Source: Octopus vulgaris
Taxonomy: Eukaryota
Direction of reading: 5' to 3'
Assembly (NCBI GenBank): GCA_951406725.2
Contig: OX597821.1
Coordinates: forward strand, 104,780,001-104,844,000
DNA length: 64,000 bases
Numbering within the stretch: the first letter of the stretch is position 1; each line of letters starts with the position of its first letter. A program made the translations under genes and the position numbers. This document shows, in pieces, positions 28,545 to 41,302 of this stretch. Below the pieces are notes generated by a model. It had not been told where the DNA came from, searched no databases, and saw only the letters and a program-made list of their open reading frames with translations.

Positions 28545-28700
28545 AAGAAACAAAAGACGAAGACTTGTAGTGTAGAAAACAAACAGATGTATTAGTATAA
28601 CGGTAAGGAACAGAAAAAGTCTTCTACGTTTCGAGCCTACGCTCTTCTACAGAAACGGACACAGATAAAACAAAGAGAGAAACAACTAGAGAAAAAATGT
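28545..28700 (-). mobile_element. Penelope-type terminal repeat fragment with a hammerhead-like fold
   Basis: Minus strand ttt-CTGTAGA-a-gagc-gtag-gctc-GAAA-c-gta-gaa (28621-28655); homologous to 39670-39815 (+). Confidence 0.55.
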
Positions 28701-29019
28701 GTGTTGTGGCTAATGGTCTATCATAGCGTCTGACTTCGGACAGAAGGGTCACACACGAGAAGGAAGAAGTAGGGAAGATAACAAAGTAAAGACGACCCCT
28801 AACAAGAAAGTACGTGTGTGCATAAGAGAGTATGTATGTGCGTGTGAAAGAGGGCTAGTGGTTTGGACGTGTATGAGAGATAATTGTGTCAATATGACCC
28901 ATAGGTGTCAGGTAACGGTAAGTGCTATGGGTAGACCATAATTAAGCTCCAGGTTCGGTGATTATGCGAATAAGGAGTCCAACGTAGGTTATATATCAGC
29001 GTGTGCATATTTCAATTCC

Positions 29020-29300
29020 ATGTGATTAAAATCCTAAAGTATCTAAAATATTGGAATCATATATGTATACCATTCTGCCTAAATAATGGGTCTACAAATC
29101 CAATATCCCTGCATATCTCACATCTATTTTCATTCCTCCACTTCACTCTCTATTTCGTATCTTATCTAAATTTACTATTGCTTAACCATTTTCACACACC
29201 GTCTCCGATGAAAGAATATAATAAATATCCTCGAAACTGCCGTAAGACCTATTTATAAATCTTCTAAAATCTTCACGGCCTTGATTTTTTATCTCATTCT
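29020..29300 (+). mobile_element. Penelope-like element 3' end with a type I hammerhead
   Basis: KILESY...P..LNN (GIY-YIG C-terminal LxILES..I....P.LN, frameshifted) at ~29045-29087. Then gtct-CCGATGA-stem II-GAAA-c-tgcc-g-TA-agac at 29201-29248. Confidence 0.6.
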
Positions 29301-29327
29301 GAAAAAACATTTTGTGTATATATGGAT

Positions 29328-29394
<67 letters not shown>

Positions 29395-30678
29395 ATGAAG
29401 ATTTCTATAAAAAGAACTTTTAATTATTTTATGTCGTTCATATTTTTGCATTTGTGTAGCTTTCTTTTCAGGATTTTTGCAACTAATAGAGTGGTTATTT
29501 TAGTCAATAACAATTGAGTATTCTTGAATCACTCAGGCAGACAATATAGATTTACAATCAAATTTTAATGACTTATTCATTATGTAAGATATTTAAATTC
29601 ACCAATTATTTCACCATTACATTGTAGAGCAATTAGAATAAATTTTTCTTCCTGTTGTTAATAATTGCACATAAACTAAAACAATTCAACATTCTTCAAG
29701 TAATTGCTTTTAATTGCTTTTCATTCTAGCTCTCTATATTTAGATATCTGTACTGATTAGATTGTTAATATGTATTATTAACGCAACTGTTAGTAGTGGG
29801 AAGATTATTCTACATAACAACCAGATTTATAATGTGTATATAGCTCTGAAAAATTGGTACGTTTTAGAAATCATACAGATTTTACAAGAAGAATGTATCA
29901 AATTACGAATTACAATAATATAATATATATGTTGCATTAAATGAAACTTTAATTATATTATATGAACATAAGTATTCACTTTGCTATTTCTTGTTTTATC
30001 AACTATAATATGGAACTATAAGATTATAGATTATCTGTATAACAATAATTAATTTATATTCGTATTGGTAAAGGAATCTCTACTGTAGTAGAAAATATGT
30101 CGACATCCGTGTCTCTATGATCAACGCTGTGACAAGGCGAGATTAATGGATAGGGTGTAGAAACCTATACTGAAAATGTTGGGGTTTTATGTATTTAAGA
30201 AGTTAAATATCATCTGAAATACTTAACGATTATAATCTTCTTAATAAATTACTAATGACAATATACCTAATTATCAATCGAAATTAGGCATTTTCGAATG
30301 ATTGAATGCAGTATTCTATATAATTCATAAACATTTTTTTTTTAATTCAGTTTTCAATTATAAATGATGTTCCCTGACTTTTTCCTAAATGTATAGGAAA
30401 GAGTGGGGTACAATGAATAATATTTACTGCATGAATCATTTGAGAAAATATATAATATTAAGGTATATTTTCTACAAAAACTACATCAGCTAAGCAAATG
30501 ACCTCCAGAAACAGTTAGTTTAAACGACAATGAGATCGGATATTAAAAATTGGTTATGGGCATATATGCCATAATTTAGAAGTTTTTGCTAATCCATCGG
30601 TTCCTTTCCAAACCATTAATCGTCCGCGAAATCATTGCTTAAATAGCTACGAAATATAACGGTGTAGTATTATTGGAT

Positions 30679-30984
30679 ATGGCGAGTCGTAATGGTCCAG
30701 TGGTTAGGACAGTCGACTCGCGGTCGGAGGATCGAGATTTCGATTCCCAGACCGAGCGTTGTGTGTGTTTATTGAACGAAAACACCTAAAAGCTCCAAAG
30801 GCTCCGGTAGGGAGGTTGGCGACCCCTGTTGTTCTCTTTCGCCCAAACTTTCTCTCGCTCTTTCTTACTGTTTCTTGAGTAACGCTGCGATGGACTGGCG
30901 TCCCGTCCAGCTGGGTGCGGAGGGGACACATACGCCACAGAAACTGGGAAACCGGGTCCATGAGCCTGTCTAGGCTCGAAAAGT
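30679..30984 (+). mobile_element. SINE family C head with an alternative 3' tail
   Basis: tggtccagtggttagg...tttcgattcccagaccgagcgttgtgtgtgtttattgaacgaaaacacctaaaagctcca, as at 25.8 kb; the 3' half differs. Confidence 0.8.
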
Positions 30985-31091
30985 ACGTATAAAAAATCAT
31001 TGGATATACTAATTTTGCATACAAAACACATCCCTGGAAGCTGGGACGTAAATATTGATGACCAATAGGGCATTAATAGCTAGCCATTTCA

Positions 31092-31525
31092 AGGTAGCGA
31101 GATGTTAGAAATGTTAGCACGCAGTGTGAAATGCTTAACGGTTTTTCGTCTGTCTTGACTTTCTGAATTAAAATTCCGCCGAAGTGGACTTTGCCTTTCA
31201 TCTTTTCGGGATTGATAAATTAAGTACCAGTTGGGCACTGGGTCGTTCTAATCGACTGGCGCCCACCCCAAAGGTTGCAGGCCTTTTGACAAGAGTAGAA
31301 AAGATTCCTTAAGGCAACGCGCTGGCAGAAACGTCAACACGCCCGGCGAAATGCTTAGCAGTATTTCGCCTGTCTTTAAGTTCAGTGTTCAAATCCCGCC
31401 GAGGTTGATTTTTGCCTTTCATCCTTTCGGTGACAATGAATTTAGTACCAGTTTCATACTGAGGTCGATCTAATCGACTGGCCACCTCCTTCGAAATTTC
31501 CGGCCTTGTGCCTTGAGTAGAAAAG
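31092..31525 (+). mobile_element. SINE family A tandem dimer
   Basis: Two consecutive units, each with ttgcctttcatc...agtaccagtt. Confidence 0.85.
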
Positions 31526-33216
31526 CATGTTGACCAATTTGTAGGCTGAAAATCAATTCAAGAATGCAAAATAATAATACAATACTTGCACTGCTATGGT
31601 TTGAACAAAATATTGAATAGATGATGAGAAATCATGAATTAGTTTTTTTGCCCCACTTATTCATTTTGCTCCTCCTGCATTCGCATATGTTGTTTAAGAT
31701 AAATATCGTTTCATTAGATTCTTAACATAGATGTTGATTTATATCCCTTTAACGAAATATTGTTTAAAATTAATTCATTATGTATTAAAAAAAGATTTTC
31801 ATTAAAGTCACATTACCATGTTGCTTGTATGTTTTTCAATAAAACTTCATTATGCACAAATTGAAGTGCAGTTTAATAGTTAAAATTATTTTCAAAATAA
31901 ACCAATAAACTGTAATTAAAACAAATATGCTTATTCAGAATATTACATTTTTTAGCACTTGAATACGAAGCTAAACCATTGTTGTTGGTCCAGTGTTTTG
32001 TTTTTCTTATGTGTCGTTTTTTAATTGTGGGAAAACATTTTGTAATAGATGTGTGTTGTAAAAACGACTAGCCAAAATTGATGTCTGCTTTATTGTTCAC
32101 TCTATTACGCGATATACGGCAGGAGACAACCATTCATGCTGGGGACGTACCCTGGCCAGCGTAGCAAGGCATCGAGGTGCTGACATCTGCCTGATTAAGG
32201 ACTTCGATATTAGTGACGGGGTTCACTCCAGTGGATGTTGGAAATATTAGAATGATGAGGAGTCGTGGATAGTAGCGATATGCGACACTCGACACGCGGT
32301 AGGAGGGTGATAAGGAATAGAATATGAATCGTTACACGCTGATTACGGTGCCCTTTTCAGGTGTTCGCTCTTCCTCCCACATCTGGGGTGGCCAGTGACG
32401 TGAGATGTGAAGATCGACAAGAAAATTGTCAAGACTAACAAGGCAAACACCACATTTGGCATATTGTACAGACGCGTTTAGAACAACATATCATTTAATG
32501 TTTGTGCGTGTGTGTGTCTGTGTCAGAGCGTCTGTCTGTGTGTATGTGTAATAATATATAATTTTATCTTTTTCATCATAGATAGTCTTTTCCACATTAT
32601 GAAGTGTTATATTTTGAATGTTTAAAAGGGGGAAAAAACGTCTCAAGTATGTCTTAAGTACTCACAAAATGCTAATTTATTATTTCATATTCCCAACATG
32701 CTCCCCTTCAAAGATCTGGTAATCATGCTGATTGTTACACTTTGATGTATGCCATACAATATATTGAACATATTTTTCCTTTTAAAAATTTTACTGCTAA
32801 TGTACTCATCTACCTCACGGTCAGTCTCTCGGTAGATCTTTGACTAACGTACAGTTTTATACGTTACGAATTTGAAAATGAACTACTCTGAAACTTGAGA
32901 ACGCGAACTATGTGTACTAAAATCAGTTCTTTAGAGAAGAATATGTTCTTGCAGCACTGGCATGACTTCGAATTGAATTACAGTATCTATACCGTGGGAA
33001 TTAACTGAAACCATTAAATTATCTAATTCTAAATGTCACTCTTTCATCTAGATTTATTTCAGACATCGAATAATCTCAATGTGATACAGAAATCCGTGGC
33101 TATTGTTATGCTTTGGAAATGATTGAATATTCATGCGGGTGGTGATATAGAAAATTAATGATGAGCCGAATTATATTTAACTACATTTCTAGCTAAAGTT
33201 TTGCAACTGTACAACT

Positions 33217-33421
33217 TTATTTCTTGTTATGAATAATGGTTTTCGTAATTGAATGCGTGGACGAATATGATTCCATAACATATGAGCATATTTTCTTTGT
33301 AGCTTCGTTGAAATTTATTAAAGCTATGTGTAGAGGCACAATGAGATTCTGGACATCGCGACTTGTCGCAAAAATCATAGCAGACGTGCATATATCCAAC
33401 ATGTCCAACAAGTCATAATAT
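33217..33421 (-). CDS. Candidate terminal coding exon of an unidentified gene
   Basis: AG at 33423-33422 with a weak pyrimidine tract. Open frame YYDLLDMLDICTSAMIFATSRDVQNLIVPLHIALINFNEATKKICSYVMES...KK*; phase-compatible with 38861-39011. Confidence 0.3.
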
Positions 33422-33991
33422 CTATTTTAATGGCATTCCTAATTTTCATTTATCTACGGGTTTGCTATTCAAAAATATCGTATTTACAGTACTTTTCAAC
33501 ACCGGAGTTTTATATAGGCTTCAATTGTTTACTGAAGCAATATAATAGTTTAAAACCTTACTGTCAACATATATCATCACTCATACAAACAGATTAATAT
33601 CACTTATACCGATGAATTTGCAGTTGGAAAAAACTACGAAGTTTCAGTTTTTCTGTAGTCCACTTTATATATAACAAAATAAAATAATCTAAATGCATGT
33701 TTCAAGGATGTTAAGTAAACGCCATACATATATTCATTCACTTTCATATTTTCAACAACTTGTCCTTCGCTCCTTCGCACCAGAAATGTCAGTTGAAAGA
33801 AAAATATTTTCCAACACATCAAGATCCATAGCCAATTGTCTTTTTTTGCATTTTTCGCCCAGGGCGTGTAAACCAAAACTACGAACTCATGCACAAAATC
33901 ATTGCAGACGTGCATATATCCAACATGCCCAACAAGTCATACGATACACAAACACGAATAGTCATGCACAGTCTCAGATGCACTTACATAG

Positions 33992-34042
<51 letters not shown>

Positions 34043-34225
34043 AACACACACATACGCAAGTAGTAACCAACGAAAGCAAATGAGTTCAATCTGCAAACAA
34101 CGAGAGAAGCAAATGGAAAACAGGGCAAGTAACAAAAGAAACAATGACGCTTCGTCAGTTGTCGGCCGTTTATCTAATGCTCATTTCGAGGATTGAACGA
34201 CACATACATACATACATACATACAT

Positions 34226-34282
<57 letters not shown>

Positions 34283-34283
<1 letters not shown>

Positions 34284-34492
34284 CACCGTGACCACTGTTA
34301 CAAAAGCGACAACCACATGTTGCTACACATCGCTGGTCACAATGCGAAGCGCATTGGTTAGCCTTCAAATGACGCCACCCCGCTGGCGAAGTGAGCAGGC
34401 CAACAGAAGAAAGTGAGAGAGAGAAAGTTGTGGCGTTGTGGCGAAAGAGTACAGCAAGGATCGCCCCCACCACTGGGTCAATGCGCCTCCAC
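34283..34492 (-). mobile_element. SINE family C copy, internally deleted
   Basis: Reverse complement of 25960-26090, plus a head remnant (ggtggaggcgca). Confidence 0.75.
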
Positions 34493-34496
34493 CAAC

Positions 34497-34825
34497 GAGA
34501 TTAAGTCGATTACATCGACCCCAGTCCGTAACCGGTACTTAATTTATCGGCCCCGAAAAGATGAACTCGGTGGAATTTGAACTCAGAACTTAACACCAGA
34601 CGAAATACCTATTTCTTTACTACCCACAAGGGGACAAACGAGAACGCACAAACGGATTGAGTCGATTATATCGACCCCAGTGAATAACCGGCACTTAATT
34701 TATTGACCCCGAAAGGATGAAAGACAAAGTGGACCTTGTCGGAATTTGAACTCGGAACGTAACGGCAGACAAAATACCGCTAAGCATTTCACCCAGTGTG
34801 CTAACGTTTCTACCAGCTAGCCTCT
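34497..34825 (-). mobile_element. SINE family A tandem units
   Basis: Two atcgaccccagt...acttaattta...ggaatttgaactc units. Confidence 0.85.
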
Positions 34826-34835
34826 TTATATATAT

Positions 34836-34900
<65 letters not shown>

Positions 34901-34965
34901 CACACACATTTATGTATGTATGTATGTATGCATGTATGTATGTATGTATGTATGTATGTATGTAT

Positions 34966-35300
34966 AGCTGGACTTAAGCGTCATCTTCGTAGTCATAAAG
35001 CGAGACAGATGAGTGACAACCTGGCCACTGGTGGTGGTGTCACAGACCATACTAATCATATCTGCCGGACATGTGGAAGAGAGTGTAATTTGGCAGGAGG
35101 ACTGAAACGACATGCAAAGGTACATGAAGCCCAGTTACAACTACAGCCGACTATTACCGGTAAAGGTTTTAGTTGCCAATTTTGTACAAGACATTGTAGA
35201 TCTTTGGCTGGGCTAAAAAGTCACATTCGATCACAGCACCAGTAGCAGTTAAGCTTCGTGCAATGGCCATACTCCATAACGACGGGGCAGGCATAATGTA
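34966..35300 (+). mobile_element. RTE-clade LINE 3' end encoding tandem C2H2 zinc fingers
   Basis: [10 protein letters not shown] (partial), CRTCGRECNLAGGLKRHAKVH and CQFCTRHCRSLAGLKSHIRSQH*, then a short 3' UTR (ggccatactc...cataatgta); abuts a (TATG)n tract. Confidence 0.7.
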
Positions 35301-35507
35301 TAGAAGCATGTGCGTTTGTATGTGTGTATGTATTAGCAACGTTGCTCATTAACAAAAGTTTCAAAAAGATATGAAAGTAGTACTCATGCTAAGAAGTATG
35401 TGTACTTTGCATCACTCTGTTACGTCTGCTAAATATTAACAAAAGTATATAAGTACGTATGGATGTGTACCTATGTATATTTTTATCAATTTATTTTATC
35501 TGACTGC

Positions 35508-35669
<162 letters not shown>

Positions 35670-36009
35670 ATTCATATATATAAATATATATATATGCATG
35701 TTTGTGTCTATATGAGTGCATAAGATGCCTGGTCAATTTGTGGTTAATTTCCGTTTCCAACATTCAGAAGCAAATACATTCATAGCCTCGATGAATTTGT
35801 TGCACGCGCATCACGTTTCGGAATTCACTTTCTGTTCAAGACATAAAATAATTAGTTATAATAAATTGAAATAAATCACCTCTACACCACCCAGCGTATG
35901 ACCAATGTATTAAAGATCACTTACGTTGCATGAAGATAAGCGAGGGGATAACGGAGTGTTGTCTATAGTTTAAATAGCCTCACTGTAATTTGAAATATAA
36001 AAACAAATG

Positions 36010-36168
36010 CGCGGCAGTGGCTGTGTAGTAAATAGCTTGCTTGCCAAGCTATTCCGGGTTCAGTCCAACTGCGAGGCACCTTGGGCAACTGTCTTCTTCT
36101 ACAGCCTCGCGCCGACCGAAGCCGTGTGAGTGTATTTGGTAGACGGAAACTGAAAGTAGCCCGTCGTC

Positions 36169-36199
<31 letters not shown>

Positions 36200-36229
36200 T
36201 GCGTATCTATATATATATGTATATGCGTA

Positions 36230-36293
<64 letters not shown>

Positions 36294-36512
36294 CGTGTGT
36301 GTGTGTGTGTGTATATGTTTTCGTGTCTGTGTTTCTGTCCCCAGCATCGCTTGACAACCGTATATATACGGCGGATTTCTTAGAGTTTCCGTCTACCAAA
36401 TCCATTGGTGAGCCGGGACTGGCTATAAAAGAGAAGTGGGCAAATTTTCAAGCAGTGGGATTGAACCCAAAGCCATGTGGTTGTGAAGAACTTCCTACTG
36501 CAGAGCCACACC
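36010..36512. mobile_element. Two SINE family B 5' halves in inverted (tail-to-tail) arrangement
   Basis: Plus copy 36010-36360; diverged minus copy 36365-36512 (gtttccgtctaccaaat complements atttggtagacggaaac). Confidence 0.75.
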
Positions 36513-36514
36513 AG

Positions 36515-36682
36515 TGTATTATGCCAAAATTTCTGACGTCGCCATCAAGTTAAAGAAAAATATATACTGCAACAGCTCGTATTTGAAGGGTCCACAATTC
36601 TTCGCTATCACCTTGGCCTAAAAGCTTGAAGGACCTACATGGAATGAATGTAGGCACCTTCAAATCAAAATTGAATGTTCTG
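36515..36682 (+). mobile_element. CR1/L2-like LINE ORF2 C-terminal fragment
   Basis: YCNSSYLKGPQFF...[22 protein letters not shown] resembles GPxLFNxLP...FKxKLD. Confidence 0.5.
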
Positions 36683-36743
36683 TGAGTATGTGTTTACACA
36701 CACACGCACACACACACACAAACACACACATATATACATATAC

Positions 36744-36782
<39 letters not shown>

Positions 36783-36804
36783 TATGTATATATATATGTA
36801 TTTA

Positions 36805-36858
<54 letters not shown>

Positions 36859-37810
36859 CAGACAGAGAGGCAGAGAGAGAAGGAGGTAGGGAGAGATCCT
36901 GAAACCTTTATAAATCATGCAATGAGTACTTTCCCCCGTGAAAAGTGGACCGGAAAGTAGGTTTAACGGTGATACTTTTAAAAGATTAAATTCCTGGCCA
37001 CTTTAATCACAGAAAGCTTTCCGAGGGCAACTTCTATATGGACAGAATTGAAAGCATTTTGCTTTCTCATGCTATTATTACAATAATGAAAGAATGATCG
37101 TTGATTCAACATGAAACATTATCGTTGCATAAATAATGGTATCTTTCTTTTTTTACTTTTCATTATGTTTCTTAATTTTTGATAACTGTTTTAAAATGTT
37201 CTTTACTTTTCATTACAATCTTTAACTTTTGATAACATTTTCAAAATGTTTCTTTAAATAAACCCATTTCAAGAGAGTATAATGAGGGCGGCCTGCTGGT
37301 TACATGCCGCCTGCGGGCCTCAGTTTGGCCCGCCATGGTTTAAAATATACTTCTGCCTGAAACATGTTATTGAGTTTGTTGTATGTAACTCTAAACAACT
37401 GGTCTTTTTGGCACACTGATTATATTTCTTATTTAATCACACGAGTTCACGTAAAAGAAATCTTATACATATTCGATTAGGCCTATCAGTCTGGTATGAA
37501 ATATGTATGTCTATATCTTGAAAACCGTGGGTCAGACTTACATGATTTACATGTCTCAAAGAAGAATTCTCGATATGGGTTTGTTCTGCGGCAAAAAGCA
37601 ATCAAAATTCCATTGACTCACATTGTATCGTATTATGGTTTGAAATGAGGAAAGACAGTTTAATTAACGTTGCCATATGTATATTTATTCCGATAAAAGT
37701 ACCAGATGGTCACTAGTAGAATGCAGCATTGTACAATGGTTCAAATCGGCCCTGAACTATACAACATCTACACCAACTGCATGATAAAACTTTCACTCAA
37801 CTCCATTTAC

Positions 37811-37859
<49 letters not shown>

Positions 37860-37894
37860 TTCTCTATATCATATTGTATGTATTTGTTTTGATA

Positions 37895-38117
37895 TCTGTT
37901 TCTTTATTACCCACAAGGGGCTAAACAAAGAGGGGACAAACAAGGACAGATAAATGAATTAGGTCGATTACATCGACCCCAGTGCGTAACTGGTACTTAA
38001 TTTATCGACCCCGAGAGGATGAAAGGCAAACTCGACATCGGCGGAATTTGAACTCAGCACTTAACGGCAGACGAAATACGGCTACGCATTTCGCCCGGCG
38101 TGCCAGCTCGCCGCCTT
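37895..38117 (-). mobile_element. SINE family A copy
   Basis: Near full-length match to the reverse complement of 17971-18203. Confidence 0.9.
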
Positions 38118-38544
38118 ATTGCATTCTTCATATTATTCTTTAGACTGCCTAATACTGTCTTCCTTTGAATATGACTTTTAGATAGAATAAAAATCTGAAG
38201 TGAAACCTGATATCTTTGTCTTTGAGTATTTTTAATCGATGTATTTTGCATTCTGATTATAATTGAATTTTGCTTGCTTCTGTATCTATGGTTTTTTCTT
38301 TTTGTGTAAAAGCTGGGAATGGCATACCACTCTGGGTATACATATCAAAATAAGTGAAATGTCAAGAGAATATAACGAAGAACTCAATTAAACAATCACC
38401 TGTAGAATCATATTCTACACCATGGGTATAAGATAACGATTACATAACGCTTCACTTATTACTGAAGTTTTAAAAAAATGTGTCGTTAATTCAATTTCCT
38501 TTCTCATGCCTCACTCTTTCTCTCTCTCTCTTCCTCTCTCTCCC

Positions 38545-38595
<51 letters not shown>

Positions 38596-38860
38596 GTATT
38601 ATATATATTATATATAATATGAGTAATATAATATATGTGTGTGTACGTGTTTGTCTGTGTGCATGCGTGTGTCCGTGTGTCTGTGTGCATAAACGACAAC
38701 AGGTATTACATTCGAATTTATTAATTGCTCATGCTTTATAAAAAGAAAAGAGGGGGAAACTATATGTAGAAACTTGTTAAATGGCCTTTGTTCAATTAAA
38801 TACATGTAGCAAAGTTTGAGAGTTACTGTTGCTATGAAGTTTGATTTCTTTTGCACATAC

Positions 38861-39011
38861 CGCAGTTTCAGCCTTTGCTGGAAATGCTTGGAAATCAGAA
38901 AACTTCCTGAAGCTTTTAAAGCTGTCAAAACTACATGCGCCAGATCATATATCATCGACGCAGTTGCTGATCTGTTAATGAAAATGGCCGATGTATCTGC
39001 TGCTGTTCTTG
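38861..39011 (-). CDS. Candidate internal coding exon (151 nt) of an unidentified gene
   Basis: Minus acceptor ttatttcataccttcag|, donor cg|gtatgt, open frame RTAADTSAIFINRSATASMIYDLAHVVLTALKASGSFLISKHFQQRLKL. The plus strand is also open with plausible splice sites, so the strand is uncertain. Confidence 0.4.
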
Positions 39012-39669
39012 CTGAAGGTATGAAATAACAATTCGCGGAGCAAATGCATGTGATGCGTAGGAATTAAGCTAAAAACATTGTTGGTTAAATCCTTAGACAC
39101 CAGATGTCCTTTCATGTATGTCACCAAAATGGTCATCACTTTAGTAGGGAATTAAATTGATTTCCCTTTATGCAAGTTTTCCAAGCTGATCGACGAAAAT
39201 GTCGACATATTTCCTGACATATTTGAAGTTGTAAAGAACTCATTAAGATATTGATTTTTTTGAGGAAAGAAGACCTTGGGGTAATTCTTGCTGCTTATTT
39301 GACTCAGGCAAAAGACACCAGAGACATGTGTTGCAGTTAAACAGGTTATCGTTTTCAAAAGAAAACCTGAATTTATTCAAAAACACATGCCTATACTTAC
39401 AGTATTAGAATAATGACTCCTTCTTTTTAAGTTAATCCGAGGCACATCAGTGACTACTGGTGATTTTAAAAAGTGACAATCTATGCAAATGCATAAGGAC
39501 ACATATATCAAAAGCATGCTTCTAACACTAGGTTTTACTCACAATTAGTTGCTGAAAGAGGTTACTAAATATTCACTATATAATATATACATTTTTTACT
39601 TAACAGCATACGTACATCTGTAAATGCAGAAATACATGCATATATGCATATATACTATTTTCTATTTCG

Positions 39670-39815
39670 TATTTTCTGTTTTCTCACCCTGTTTATTTCT
39701 GTGTTCATCCTGTCGAAGAGCGTAGGCTCGAAATGTAAAAGTCTTTCTCACTTCCAATGCGTTAAACTAATACATCAGTTGTTTACACACCCGTCTATCT
39801 TTTAATTCTCACTAC
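39670..39815 (+). mobile_element. Penelope-type terminal repeat fragment with a hammerhead-like fold (second copy)
   Basis: CTGTCGA-a-gagc-gtag-gctc-GAAA-t-gta at 39710-39737; flanks homologous to 28545-28700. Confidence 0.5.
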
Positions 39816-41247
39816 ATACATAAATATATACACACATACATACATGCATACAGGCTTACATATGTAAATGTGTGTGTGTGTGTGTGTGTGTGTGCGTAAA
39901 TGTATATACATATACATTGGACTTTAGATATTATTTGCACTCTGTTTATTGTTATACTACGCACATGTATATGTACTGAGCTACCATTTGTAAATTACAC
40001 TGAGTCATTATATGCCCCCAGGAAAGCGAGTCTGCGTTGCAGACTGAATCTAAGAAACAATTTCAATAGATTTCGTAAACATTTCCAGGCAATTATTTTA
40101 GTAACGAAATTTTATTGCCTTAGTCAATTTAAGGAAAATAACGCTTCATTAGCTTTTTCAATACTTTGAAGTCGGATGGCACGAAAGGTAGACATTATAA
40201 TGAAAGAGATGGCCGTATCCGTTCACTTGCATCGTAATGCATCGTAGCGCCAAGTGAGCTCGAGGTAGGAACGTTACATCGATTGACCGATGAAATGAAA
40301 AGATAGCAGATGAAATTTCTGATGTATATGTCTCATTATATACAACACCTATTTTAAAATTCTTTCAAAGATAAGGAGCGAGACAGGATACAAACATTAA
40401 TTCATTTAACTTATCATCGTGTATAAAGAGTTCGGTTTTCAACACACATTCTATTTCTGAGCAGAGAAAGAAAGACACTAAATTAAACCTCCTTTCCATA
40501 GAATCAAGATCAGCACGCAATTTCAATTAAAAGCCGTTCATATTTTTCTCATCTAACTAATCTCGTGAGTCATACATAGACATTAAAATCTCCTTTCCAC
40601 ATTCGTAGGAAATCAAAAGAACTAAGTTATTATTAAATGGCATGTAAGTGTTCACTTCGGTTCAAGTAACTGATACTTATTATCACATTCACGGGACACT
40701 GGTTTATTTACTCTAACACAACACGAACTAATATGAAAGATTATTAGTTACTTAATATCATTGAATATTTGACGTGCCGATACAAGGAATTATTTGATGA
40801 ATGACCTGTGTAGTTGTATATTGATCTTTATTGTATGAGTCATTCATCTCAAATGATAAATAGGTCTAAATATTTTAAACAAATATCGAATCTCCGGGGA
40901 ACATGCAGCGGATTTTATTTATTGTTTTTCGATCAAATTTAGCTTGACTTGGAGAATAATTTTAGATTTCCATATACATCTCAGCAGGTATTATTTATCT
41001 TTTGTTCTCATTCTTGGGTAAATATATATATTTAATGTTACTTAATGTAGCTATAGAGAAATGATAGCATATATATTTTGAGATTAGTTTGTCGAAAATC
41101 CCAGTGCTGACAGTAGTTATTATTCACTGAAGCAGAAAGTTTCCAGGCTGCTGCTTTCGAAATTTATATACATGAACGAATAAATACTTACACACTGAGA
41201 AATGGGAGTATTTTACTCTCTTCACATTCTCTCTCTCTCTCTCTCTC

Positions 41248-41302
<55 letters not shown>

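Noticed and set aside
32405-32490. KANTTFGILYRRV*NN, RTE-like
   Set aside because: Probably an RTE scrap, but too short to delimit.
37150-37340. 50-bp tandem duplication and a GC-rich hAT-like end (gcgggcctcagtttggcccgcc)
   Set aside because: No matching opposite terminus or TSD was found.
38900-38960. SMIYDLAHVVLTAL resembles the iGluR amino-terminal domain motif ALMYDAVHVV
   Set aside because: A single short motif; no other receptor exons were found, and the candidate next exon ends in a stop.
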